A program made the translations under genes and the position numbers. Shown here in pieces: positions 27,586 to 40,362 of a DNA stretch of 64,000 bases (position 1 is its first letter; every line of letters begins with the position of its first letter). The notes beneath the pieces are model-generated. The model was not told where the DNA came from. It saw only the letters and a list, made by a program, of their open reading frames with translations, and made no database searches. Source of the DNA: Octopus sinensis (taxonomy: Eukaryota); contig NC_043018.1 in the NCBI RefSeq assembly GCF_006345805.1, positions 868,001 through 932,000 of the forward strand, written 5' to 3'.

Positions 27586-27769
27586 ACGTTTTATGCACTC
27601 TTCAAAACTTGCACTGGGAATAAGGACAAATAATATTGATAACTGCTTTTCTAGCAGGTTGATGCAGGCAGATTATCCCGTTCCATTCCGACTCTCATTT
27701 GATGCAATTGAAAACACCGCATTATTTCCTGTGATGCCAATATGGGTATGTATGTATGTATGAATGATG

Positions 27770-28016
27770 TGATCACGTGACCGACCAGACCATCAGATGT
27801 TGTTACACATCGCTGGTCACAATGCGTTCGCATTGTTTTAGCCTTCGCATGACGCCACCCCGCTAGCTAAGAAAGAGTGGTGAAAGACTACAGCAGGGAT
27901 CACCCCCCCCCCTGCCGGAGCCTCGTAGAGCTTTTAGTTGTTTTCGCTCAATAAACACTCACAACGCCCGGTCTGGGAATCGAAACCGCGATCCTGCGAC
28001 CGCGATCCTGCGACCG

Positions 28017-28020
<4 letters not shown>
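27770..28020 (-). mobile_element. SINE with family-A head and an alternative 3' tail
   Basis: Shares the head with family A; tail CATCGCTGGTCACAATGCG...GACGCCACCCCGC also occurs at 37935-38245. Confidence 0.75.
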
Positions 28021-28052
<32 letters not shown>

Positions 28053-28857
28053 GCGTAGGTGTGATTAAATAAAAACAAATTAATGACGTATATGTGTATG
28101 GGTGTACGAGTTTCTGTGTTTACGTGAAACATACCAACTGCCCAGCCTTCTTTTTTATCTGTTACTAGATTCTAAACTTGTTATCATGTCTAACATTAAA
28201 TTTTCTTTGATCAACCGTCGTGTAGGTGTAGAATTCCTTTTTTTCCTCAGACTCACTGGCTACACTTGTAACCATTTCCTATTTTCATTTCTTTATCTTA
28301 CAGATGAAATAAATATAATAAAATTATTTTCGTAATTGCTTCATATAGAATGACCTAAATCTACAAGCTACTCTCATTTAGTTCTGCTAACTAAAACAGT
28401 TTGCTTTTTTAGTAATGGACAAAATTACAGTTTTCCTATGTAGGTCTGCTGTTTCACGGTTATTATGCAAGCGACCCTATAGCTATCACTACAAAACATC
28501 ACATGCGCTTATGAACCACATGTAAAATTATATAATTTATTAGGTTACGATCGGATGTTAATTATATCTCCCGCTTTATTCTGATACCTAATATACATTG
28601 TTATCTATTCAAAATTGTTAAGATTATATAGAACTGAGATAACTCCTCCAGAAGTTATAGAGAAATATACAGAAGAGTGCCATAGTTGTCATATGAAATT
28701 GGTTGAACGATATTTTGTCATCTAGCGTGCCTTCCACAGGTTCAAAAATTTCATGTCACTCCATTTTTTTTTTCCTTAAGATTATATAGAACTGAGGTAA
28801 TTCCTCTAGAAGTTATAGAGAAGTAAACATATAATTCTTGATAAAAAGGTGGGTAAA

Positions 28858-29370
28858 TCTATATATATAAAACTGTGGTTGTGTGAGTGTCTGTCCCCTT
28901 CGATTTAGATTCCTAACTACTCCCACATTTTGCGGTGCAGTTTAACCAAATTCGGGTATCTTATAGTCGTGATTCATATCAAGCCCGTCTGAGTATTAGC
29001 GCGCGTCTACGATGATACTACGATTTTAAAAATAATTTAACATCATTTTTTATTCCATTTTAATGCATAATTTTTCGTGTGTCGATGGCGGCGGAGTTGG
29101 CGTCCATGGTCACACCTGCACCTGTTTGTTTCTCCGCCTTCTTCCCTCCCTCGTGAAGCTGTGGGGAAGGGAGAGTAAGGAAATCAACGTCGTAAAGCGT
29201 TGTCAAGGAGACCAGCGTTCTTTTAGAACAACGAATTCATGGCTTGAAGACACCAAAACAGAAATGGCTAAGAAAGCCCGAATTGGCATCTATAAGGGAA
29301 GTAACACTCTAAAAATGCTTATATAGTTATTTCCCTTACAAACCCGAGCAACGCCGGGTGATACTGCTAG
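28858..29370 (+). mobile_element. Non-autonomous Helitron, complete (513 bp)
   Basis: Host A|TCTATATATATAAAA 5' end; subterminal hairpin CCCGAGCAACGCCGGG; CTAG|T 3' end; no TSD. Confidence 0.85.
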
Positions 29371-29549
29371 TTTAGATATAAAGGGAATTCTTGGGAGTAG
29401 TTACGCATTATGCAGTATCATTCGCAATGTTCGCCATACATATACATAGACACACACGCACATAAACAGATACCTATGAAACACGCATACGTACGAACGC
29501 ATATCATATTTTATAAAATACAGAATATGTTATAATATATATATATGTA

Positions 29550-29906
29550 CTAGCAGAATCGCCCGGCGTTGCTCAGGTTTGTAAGGGAAATAACTATAAA
29601 GCATTTTTAGAGAGTTATAGCCAAAAAATGGAAAAAAATGATGGTAAACTTTTTTTGAGAGTTAAAAAAGGTGGAGTTGCGTCCCCTAGACAGTTTGTGG
29701 TTTGTGTTTCTGATTCTCGACCCCATATCGAATTTATCGATTTTTTTCAGAACTGGGGGAACTTTACAAAATTTTCGCTGCGTTAGTTTTGAATTATGAC
29801 ATTGGGCTATGTGTGTGTCAAGTTTCATCAGAATCGGTTGAAAGCCGTGGTCAGGGTGAGGGTACAAGCAAACAGACACACAGAAACACGCACAGACAAA
29901 CTGCCG

Positions 29907-29920
<14 letters not shown>
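29550..29920 (-). mobile_element. Non-autonomous Helitron (different body, same 3' end)
   Basis: Minus 3' end CCTGAGCAACGCCGGGCGATTCTGCTAG|T; the 5' TATATAAAACGGCAG runs into (AT)n. Confidence 0.8.
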
Positions 29921-29985
<65 letters not shown>

Positions 29986-30823
29986 TACAACATATTAGAA
30001 TACGTGAAAATGAATGTTTTGGGTTGGTTCAATGCAGCATATTGGGGAAAGATGCCATGCAAAAACCTATTTTACTGTCGATGTTAATCTACTCCAATTG
30101 CGGATAAATTCTTTCGAAATCAATTTAAAGAATTTCCGTGTCACTACATTGACATACTTAACATTTAAAGAGCTTTCCTATTGAAACGATTGTAAGAATA
30201 TTCAGGAGAGAAACACTGTTTACTTCCTTTTTCTTAGCTTCATCAACATGACAGCTTAGAAAAGTATGATCATACATGTTGATAAGGTTAATGTTAATGA
30301 TAATCATAGTAGCAAAATAGTGATGGCGGTTGTTATCGTTTATGCTGATATGTAGATGTGGCAGCTATCTTCGTTTGCTAATATCATACATCTCCAAGAA
30401 TTCTCTTCTCGTTCTTGCTTTAGATTTCAATTTATATTATCAGTATATCTCAAATATTCTCTTTTTCTATGCATGAATACACACACACATACACACACAC
30501 ACATTTATTCGCATATACACAAACACACACGCACGTACGCAAACTCGTCCTCATGGATGTAAGTCAATGGATATAGATATATAGGTACATACACACACAT
30601 CTACACCAACACACATGATACACACACCCAAAATGATATATATTTACATATATAGAAATACATATCCATATCTCTCTTATCATCACCTTCTTTCTATATA
30701 TATGTATATCTGTGTATGTGTATGTAACTCTGTACATATATACACACACATATATACATATTTATTTATCTATCTATATATCTATCTATCCATCTTTATA
30801 TATATATATACGTATATATATTC

Positions 30824-30874
<51 letters not shown>

Positions 30875-31299
30875 ACATATATATATATGTATGTATGTAT
30901 GTATGTATATATACATTCACATACATACATACATACATAGTTACTTATATACGTATGCCACAAGGTAGTGTGAGGAGAGAGTGTTGATAGAGAATGTAGG
31001 AAATAAAAGCGGGAATAAAATAGTAGACGGAAAATCGGAAAGGCACAATTTTATACAAAATAATAAATTTTACGAAATGATTAGCCCAGTAACCTTATGT
31101 GCAAAAACAAGTTTCTTTGACACGAAATGAAATCAGAAAATCAGCTGTTGTGTAATATCAAAGAAAATGCTACCCTTCTGATATATATAAGTATATGTCA
31201 TTCGTCATTATTTTCGATTCAAGTATAACTAACTGTTCACTTACTTACTACTAACGAACTAGGAAATTGGTTTACATATACATACACACACACACAGAC

Positions 31300-31336
<37 letters not shown>

Positions 31337-31350
31337 GTGTATATAGTATG

Positions 31351-31444
<94 letters not shown>

Positions 31445-31666
31445 TATATATATATGTATATATGTATATATATATATGTATGTATATATATATATGTATA
31501 TATATATGTGTATATTATATATGTGTATATGATAATATATATATATTATATGTATAAACACACGCACACACATATATATATATGTATATATGTGTACGTC
31601 GTGTGTGTGAGAGTGTTATATATGTATATAACGCACAAAATACATCTATACGAAATATCACGCGCA

Positions 31667-31698
<32 letters not shown>

Positions 31699-31933
31699 GC
31701 ATACTTTGAGGTGTACATACATCAATATATCTGTCTGTGTGTCTGTGTATCTATATGTGTACGTATGTGTAAAAACTTTTTCAATAAAATCATTTTATCA
31801 CGTAACTTGAAATGTGATTATCACATGCCTTCGACACACAAAGAAGAAAGAACATAACTATGAACATATATATGTGTTTTCGTGTGTATGCGTACGTCTG
31901 TGCTGTGTGTGTTTGTGTATCTGTATGTGCGAT

Positions 31934-31974
<41 letters not shown>

Positions 31975-32064
31975 AAAAAAGGGGTAGAATTAATTAATTG
32001 TTAATAAATTCGACCAAGCAGTATTCGGTATGTAAAGACCATTTACGGTATATTTGAAGTATTA

Positions 32065-32208
32065 ATTTATAAAAATATGGTAAAGTAAAAAAATTCACTT
32101 TACCACACACCGAACTTTTGAAGAAATAGCCAAATTTTTGGCTGCTATTTCTGAAAAGTTCGGTGTGTGGTAAAGTGAATTTTTTTACTTTACCATATTT
32201 TTATAAAT
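32065..32208. repeat. Palindromic element, ~65-bp arms with 13-nt spacer (MITE/foldback-like)
   Basis: 32065-32130 pairs with 32144-32208 with about 2-3 differences. Confidence 0.85.
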
Positions 32209-32223
32209 ATATATATATATATA

Positions 32224-32360
<137 letters not shown>

Positions 32361-32374
32361 ACACATATATATAT

Positions 32375-33212
32375 ACACACATGCTGACGCACCTATATAT
32401 TCTTTGTTAAAATTCTTTTGGTAATAAAATATTGAAAGGAAATAATCTTTAATGACTGGATTATATGACATTCCGAATGCTTTGCAACTTGTATGACATT
32501 CTTTTGACGATGTGAAGATTTTCGTATACCTGCGAAAGTTAGGCTCTGTCTTTATGCATATACATATTTTCGTGAATACCTTTATGTATATAAATGCTGC
32601 ACGGATATTTGTCAGTGAACAGGTCGCGGATTTTAGCGACGAAAATATTTGGACAAATTAAACTTAAATGTTGAAGTGAATCTAACGGTTTTTGTGTGTG
32701 TTTCTTAAATGGCTTACAAACACCTTCCACGCTGCAATTGTTTTCGTTTCAGCACACGATCTCAGATCAAATCACTTTTATATATATATATATACACATA
32801 TATATATACACACACATGCTGACGCACCTATATATTCTTTGTTAAAATTCTTTTGGTAATAAAATATTGAAAGGAAATAATCTTTAATGACTGGATTATA
32901 TGACATTCCGAATGCTTTGCAACTTGTATGACATTCTTTTGACGATGTGAAGATTTTCGTATACTGCGAAAGTTAGGCTCTGTCTTTTGCATATACATAT
33001 TTTCGTGAATACCTTTATGTATATAAATGCTGCACGGATATTTGTCAGTGAACAGGTCGCGGATTTTAGCGACGAAAATATTTGGACAAATTAAACTTAA
33101 ATGTTGAAGTGAATCTAACGGTTTTTGTGTGTGTTTCTTAAATGGCTTACAAACACCTTCCACGCTGCAATTGTTTTCGTTTCAGCACACGATCTCAGAT
33201 CAAATCACTTTT
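32375..33212. repeat. Tandem duplication of a ~405-bp unit (32375-32779, 32810-33212)
   Basis: The copies differ by about 2 single-base indels and are bounded by AT/CA microsatellite. Confidence 0.9.
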
Positions 33213-33805
33213 ATATATATATAAACATACTCTCACACACACATATAGATAGATATATAAGTATTAACATTTTATTCTTTTATTCGTTTATTTGTTTCAG
33301 TGATAGTCGCCATGCCCGAGCGCCGCCTTCAAGGGTTTTGGTCTAACAAATCGACAACAGGACTTTTATTTTGTTAATCCTAATAATTACTACACCGGTC
33401 TGTTTTGCTCAAAGGCTAAGTTATGGTGTCGTAAACACACCAGCACCGGTTGTCAAAACCTGATGGGGGCAGAGACTCAAAGACACACACTCACACAAAA
33501 TACGCGCATATACATATATATATATATAATAAGAGTAAATAATATCTTTAATGGTTTTTAAAAAAAACAACAATTATTTACGGGTAGATTTCGGCATGTA
33601 AATATAAACATTAACGGTAGGAACTTTTCAATATATATATATATTTTTGTATATAAATAAAAGAGGGAGGCAACAGGTTGCCTAGCCACAAACCGAATAA
33701 TTAGAACTAGCAGTCAAAGACTGTTTATTTCTATTTTCTACAAATGCGACTCCACATAGGACATATCCCTGTAATTCACATATGCAAAACATGATAATAA
33801 TAATA

Positions 33806-33866
<61 letters not shown>

Positions 33867-33867
<1 letters not shown>

Positions 33868-34005
33868 TCGAAAAATACCTTCGGAATGCGAACCCAGGTT
33901 CGAAATTTCCCAAGACATCTGATGAAGGACGGAGTGTATATCAGCCGAAACGTTATGTTCACAAAAAGATGAGGACAAATATCCGTCAAATGTAAATAAT
34001 GTCAC
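33867..34005 (+). mobile_element. TAA-linked short repeat carrying a hammerhead (Penelope-like/retrozyme-like tail)
   Basis: Follows (TAA)n; the same sequence occurs inverted at 39840-40055 and partially at 40322-40362. Confidence 0.7.
33914..33959 (+). ncRNA. Dimer-type minimal hammerhead motif
   Basis: gacat CTGATGA a ggacg...cagcc GAAAC GT T atgtt. Stem I is 5 bp, stem III AACGTT is palindromic with no loop, and stem II is partly mismatched (intact as ggctg/cagcc in the 39972-39991 copy). Confidence 0.6.
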
Positions 34006-35075
34006 GTTTATAGTATGAAATGGTTAATCATATTCCACTAAACCATTACCATAAGTCTACTATCGTGTTAAATATCAATCAATGGATCATTATAACAGTC
34101 GTTATCATAATATGCACAGGTATCACTGTGGTTTAGGAATTTCATTTTGCAATGACGTGGTTTCAAGTTCTGTGCCATTGATAGAACCGTGTGCAAAATC
34201 CTTCTAGTATAACACCAGACTGGTCAATGCCTTGTGAGTGAAGTTGATAAACGGAAGCTAAACAGGCATCCGTGATTTAACAAAATGACATAGCTGGGAG
34301 TAATTTGAATTGAAAGTAAATTTAATATTGGAATAGGTCTAAGATCAATGGTACAGTGCCAAGAGAGAGTAGTATAAATGAAGAGCCAATTAAGCGTAGA
34401 AAGTAAATGGTAATACTTAATTATAAAGAAGAATTGAGAATAGTGAAGTAATTGCTTAGGTAATTATAGAGTTAGATCTAAGAGCGGTACGGACACGGTA
34501 GGACACAGTAAAAATTTGAAGCTGTAAAATCCCATTATAGCGAAAGAACAATCCACATAAGGGATAGCGTAATTAATGATGAGTGAGGTGAATGAAAAAT
34601 GTATAGAGTGTTGCTTCCGTTATATGTGAGTAGAATACTCCGGAAGACCTGGGCCGAAAACATGGCTCCGACAGAAAAATAAGTGAAAGTAGATACAGGG
34701 TAAAACTGAGAAGTGAAAAATATGAAAGAGGCGAGCTGATAAGAAGAAAAGTTTTGAGATAACGATGCAAGGGCTTGGTGTCGAGGTATAAAGATAAGGT
34801 ATGAATTATAAATTATGAAATTAAAAATGAAAAAATAAAAATTATCAATCTTGAAACGAAGAAAAGAAAGAAAGATAAACGCATTAAAAATAAAATGAAA
34901 TTAAAGATAAAATATGAATATAGTAATACGAATTTAGAATCAGCAAAAATTAAAATATTAGCGTTGTACAAAAACACCAGCTTTTTTCATAGAAAGAAAA
35001 GAATTTTAAACAGACATAAATTGGAGGATTGCAAGTATGAATTATAGAATGAGCGTATGAATATGATTAAATAAT

Positions 35076-35639
35076 GGGAATGGAAGCACTCCGTCGGTGA
35101 CGACGACGAGGGTTCCGGTTGATCCGATCAACGGAACAGCCTGCTCGTGAAATTAACGTGTAAGTGGTTGAGCACTCCACAGACACGTGTACCCTTAACG
35201 TAGTTCTCGGGGATATTCAGCGTGACACAGAGAGTGACAAGGCCGGCCCTTTGAAATACAGGTACAACAGAAACAGGAAGTAAGAGTGAGAGAAAGTTGT
35301 GGTGAAAGAGTACAAATGGGATCACAACCATCCCCTGCCGGAGCCTCGTGGAGCTTTAGGTGTTTTCGCTCAATAAACACTCACAACGCCCGGTCTGGGA
35401 ATCGAAACCGCGATCCTACGACCGCGAGTCCGCTGCCCTAACCACTGGGCCATTGCGCCTCCACGATAGCTGTAACTACTGCAACACTGACTAATAAAAT
35501 AAATGCGCCCTTTTAAAGCCTAGCCAGGCTCATGGGCCCGGTTTCCCGGTTTCTATGACGCATGTGTTCCCCAGCTGGACGGGTCGCCACTCCATCCAAC
35601 GTTACTCATTTTTGCCAGCTGAGTTCATTGCGCCTCCAC
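35076..35639 (-). mobile_element. Composite SINE insertion: internally deleted V-domain SINE joined to a full family A SINE (35081-35463)
   Basis: One 11-bp direct repeat, GATTAAATAAT (35065-35075 and 35640-35650), brackets both parts. Confidence 0.8.
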
Positions 35640-35868
35640 GATTAAATAATATATGTGTACAGAGCCTCTTTCATATAAACCCCCTTATACGTACACTTAT
35701 AAACATACCGTAAATCCTCGAGTATAGTCCGCCTTTGTGTTTAATACGCAGTGCATAATTGACCTTGAAAAACACGAAGAAGAGCAGAAGGAAAAAAATA
35801 TATGGAAATTTAGAGAAGGTCGGGATTATTTAAGTGATTACCGTATCAGAAATTCGTTATGTGTTTAA

Positions 35869-36088
35869 CCCTTTAGTGTTTAAACCGGCCATATCTGGCC
35901 CAGATATTCCACATGTTTTATATTCAAACTGGCCAGATCCAGCCTTTCCCATCTAACCTACATTGACTTTTTTAAAATAAACAATCACGTCACTGAAACA
36001 TCAAAGCTATAAGATAATGCATGATTAATTCAAAACAATTTGAGGGAAAAAATATTACATTTAACAGAATAATCTGAACACTAAAGTG
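35869..36088. mobile_element. piggyBac-type MITE (220 bp)
   Basis: TTAA|CCCTTTAGTGTT ... AACACTAAAGTG|TTAA: 12-bp TIR with 1 mismatch and TTAA on both sides. Confidence 0.8.
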
Positions 36089-36499
36089 TTAAATAATATC
36101 ACCGCTATCGTATGATATCTCTACCCCTTCACCTGATCATAATTTTCACTCAGACCTCCGGTAGATGGGAGTACAGATCACACGACAGACTATGATATTT
36201 CATATAGCCCCCTTTTCATTCTATTGCTTTCCAACTCGGCCAGTTATGTAGAAATATGCTTACTGAAATACTTAAACTAGTGGGTGTGGTTGTAATATCT
36301 CCGTTTAAATTGTGAACATGTGACCGCTATGGTGTCGGAAATATTATTATCGGTAGTAGCCCTGCCCCTTTACAATATATTCTTTCTAAGGTACTGTTAT
36401 AAGGAATGGATTGCTATAAGGAGCTCAACAATTACGTAACATTCGTGGAGTTTCAGTAGCCGGAGTTTCATTATGCATTATGTATTTCATAATCGATTT

Positions 36500-36745
36500 A
36501 ATCCGTTTGTCTGTCCTTGTTTGTTCTCTCTGTGTTTAGCCCCTTGTGGGTAGTAAAGAACTAGGTATTTCGTCTGCCGTGACCTTCTGAGTTCAAATTC
36601 CGCCGATGTGTACTTTGCCTTTTATCCTTTCGGGGTCGATAAATTAAGTACCAGTTACGTACTGGAGTTGATATAATCGACTTAATCAGTTTGTCTGTCC
36701 TTGTTTGTCCTCTCTGTGTTTAGCCCCTTGTGGGCAATAAAAAAT
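36500..36745 (+). mobile_element. Family C SINE 3' parts in head-to-tail tandem
   Basis: Tail ...GTAGTAAAGAACTAG runs into GTATTTCGTC, as at 59581. Confidence 0.8.
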
Positions 36746-37934
36746 AAGAAAACAGAGAAAGCTGAAGTGTTTTGGCAACACGAAGAGGGTAAGGTGTGGG
36801 TGGCTGATATCAAACTGGGCATTTGACTGTGTAGAGGACTTGTAAATATTGGTATCTGTCTAGCTGCACGGCATCAGTTATATTTTAGCAAGACATGAAT
36901 AGTATGTGTTAGGCAACCTGAATCACACTAAACATATAGCGCAAAGACACCACTGGTTTAAAGCCGGTGTAACGGATAGTCTAGTAAATCTGTCACCTCC
37001 TCCTCTACCGCAGTAGTTTTAGCTGTGTATATTACTTGACGATTCTGAGTGGTATCTGCTTTTGACACTGCTATTTACAAACGAATCCATTTTGGGCGAC
37101 AATCGCCTTAACTACTAGTATTTCCCTGCCTATTAAATAATATGAATAATCGTTTCAAATTTTTTTTTTCATTTCACTATTAAGATCCAATATCCTGGAA
37201 GAAATTCAATTGCCTGGGACAGACAGCTTCATTACAATTTACAGCATGCGAGCACCAATTATCCGTAGACAACTTGGCATGTTCAGTTGCCATTTAAACA
37301 TTTTACATTAAGATCATTTCCAGAAGTGCGCAGAGATCAGGTCTTTATGACGGTTCTTTGGCAGACGAATTACAAATAAAAAGACTACATTAACGTCGAT
37401 ATTTCCATTAGAAACAGGTAGAAGAAGGCACCATAGCAAAACAAAAAGTACAGGGGACATTATACAGATTATAACAAGGAATCACAGAAGTGTCTTCATT
37501 TAAATTGTTTACATGCTTGACGTGTGGGTTATTATTAAAATTTTAATTTCCTCTCTAATAAAGAAATTCATTACAGTGTATACCCAAAATATAACTTTAC
37601 GCTACTTATTTGAATATTTTCTCTTTTCACTGTCATTGCTTGTGATGATTTAGGTTTATATACATCCTCCCATGTATTCAAGTCGAACGAGTAAATACAC
37701 TTTTTATAAAATTTCATTGTACTGTGACACAGCTGCAACAACGATATCAACTGACTTTTGCTTTTTATTTTTCTTTCATAATATTACCGCCATTACGTTG
37801 CCTGTGTAATTATAACCAGACTTGTAAGTTGCGAAATAAGGACTTTGTGGCTGTTATCCTTATCCTGAGGCAGAGACCTCTACGTCACTATACCGCGATA
37901 TCTCTCAGATTCATATGTATAAATATATATATAT

Positions 37935-38243
37935 CACCGTGATCACTGTGACCGACCACCAGGCTATCAGATTTTGCTACACATCGCTGGTCACAATGCG
38001 CTTCACATTGTTTTAGCCTCCAAATGACGCCACACCGCTGGCTAAGGGAGCAGGCCAACTGAAGCAATAGAGAGAAAGTTGCGGCGAAAGAGTACAGCAG
38101 GGATCGCCACCACCACTGCCGGAGCCTAGTGAAGCTTTAGGTGTTTTTTGCTCAATAAACACTCAAAACACCCGGTCTGGAAATCGAAACCGCGATCCTA
38201 CGCCCGCAAGTCCGCTGCCCTAACCACTGGGCCATTGCAACTC

Positions 38244-38245
<2 letters not shown>
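37935..38245 (-). mobile_element. SINE with family-A head and an alternative tail
   Basis: Homologous to 27770-28020. Confidence 0.8.
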
Positions 38246-38291
<46 letters not shown>

Positions 38292-39839
38292 CACACACAT
38301 ATATATTTATATATATATATATAAAATTAGATAATAAGGGTAGAAATTGATATTAATCAATTAAAACCAGTGGCTTAACATATTTTTTTTTTAAATCCGA
38401 AGATTAAATAATCATGTTACTTACAAAATTTAGAGGAATGGTCACTGAAGTGAACACCCTATACGTTAAACATAGACGTCAAATCGTCATTGCCAGGAAA
38501 AATTTGTTCTCAAGAAAAAATATCTCAGCAAAAACAGCAAAATGTAAAATAAGAGAACAAATCCTTCGGGGTAATGACGATTTGACGTCTATGTCTAGCA
38601 TATACGGTGTTCATTTTAGTGGTCATTCCTCTAAATTTATTTATATATATATATATGTATGTGTGTGCGTGTGTATATGTATTAGTGCTTGTGTATCTGT
38701 GTGTTCGCGTGTCTGCATGTGAGTGTGTGTACGTGTGTGTGTGTCGGTCAATTGAGATCCTGTGCTTATGAAAATATCAAGACGTTTATGAATGTGTATG
38801 TCTGTGTGTATGTGTGTCTAGTAAATATGTTTGTTATTTGAGCGTGAAAGGTGTGTGTATGATATGCATGTATGTGTGCAGAATGTAAGTAATGAGAAAA
38901 GGATAGTGGAGATAAGCAGACAGAAAAGCAAAGGGTAAAAAAAAAGGGATGTAAGGAGAGGAAAAAGAGAGAAAATGATAGTAAGGCTTGTGATAAAGAT
39001 ATAATGAAGATAGAGAGAGAGAGAAAGAAAGAAAGAGAGACGGAGAGTGAGTGAGTGAGTGATAGAAGCACGTGCTTGTGTAGGAACATGGCGGCTGGTT
39101 AGCGTGTATGATGGAGCGTGAGTGCGCAAGACTGTACATATGTTTTGTTTTTGCATATGTGATTTTTGTTTTTTACATATTTGTTTTTTTTTGTGTACAT
39201 GTTAGTGTGTGAAAATAGTTCGTGTGCATGTGCGTGTATGTGTGTGTGCATGTATGTGTGGGGGGAGGGGGTAATGTGTATGCTTCGTGGAGAATGGCGA
39301 TTTGAATTCGCGTAGAGCCCTTCGTGTGATGTGAGTAAATGAGGAAATACATGTGCGTACGTAAATGTATGTGTATGACTGAATGTGGCGTCGATATGGT
39401 ATACATGTGAATTAAAAAAATTTAAACGTTGCAAGTGTTCATAGTAACGAGATGTAACGATGTTCCTCACGAAATTTGGATATTGCAGATTCGCCGTGTA
39501 AAGCCGAGCAGAAAACTGTTAGATGTTGTGCTAATAGGTTTGCTGAGCAGAAATGCACATGGATATATAACATCAAATGCCTGTAAGCATTTTATTTTTT
39601 TATTATATCCCACCCTATAAGAGAAGTCTGACAGCATTTTCACTAACATTGTAACAGAGCACCCGCTTGTTCGTCCGCGCTCAATTTCTATAACATGCAC
39701 CCAAATACCACACAGCATGGGGACAAAAATATATATCTATTTATAGAATTTCATTGAATAATTTATATCATTAATTGTATAATTTACAACTAAACAGCTG
39801 CGGATGATATCTAAAAACTCGATTCATACATTACTTCAT

Positions 39840-40052
39840 TCATACATTATTAGGGCAATTTTGTAAATATATTTCGACTTAGTTCTATATTTAAAAGATG
39901 AGGAATTACGTACATTATTTACATTTGACGGATATTTGTCCTCATCTTGTTTGCTGTTAAAAGAACGTTTCGGCTGATATATACCCCAGCCTTCCCCATG
40001 AGTCTTGGGGAAATTTCGAACCTGGGTTTTCATTCCTAACTTATTTTTCGAC

Positions 40053-40055
<3 letters not shown>
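39840..40055 (-). mobile_element. Second copy of the TAA-linked HHR-tail repeat (CUGAUGA box decayed)
   Basis: Minus ...CCCAGGTTCGAAATTTCCCCAAGACTCATGGGGAAGGCTG...CAGCCGAAACGTT...GATGAGGACAAATATCCGTCAAATGTAAATAATGTA. Confidence 0.75.
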
Positions 40056-40130
<75 letters not shown>

Positions 40131-40184
40131 TCTATCATTATTGTTGTTGTTATTATTATTTTAACCACTACGCTATATGCATGT

Positions 40185-40259
40185 GGGCATATGGCGTAGT
40201 GGTTAAGAGCGCGAGCTATTAACACCAAGATTCCAAGTTCTATTCCAGGCAGTGACCTG

Positions 40260-40290
<31 letters not shown>

Positions 40291-40362
40291 ATAATAATAA
40301 TAATAACAACAACAACAACAACAACACTGAAAAGTAACTTAGGAATGAGAATCCAGGTTCGC
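40185..40362 (+). mobile_element. tRNA-like Pol III head + (CTA/TAA/CAA)n + start of the HHR-tail repeat
   Basis: A box TGGCGTAGTGG at 40192-40202; B box-like GTTCTATTCC at 40237-40246; then microsatellite and AACTTAGGAATGAGAATCCAGGTTCG matching the tail family. Confidence 0.65.
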
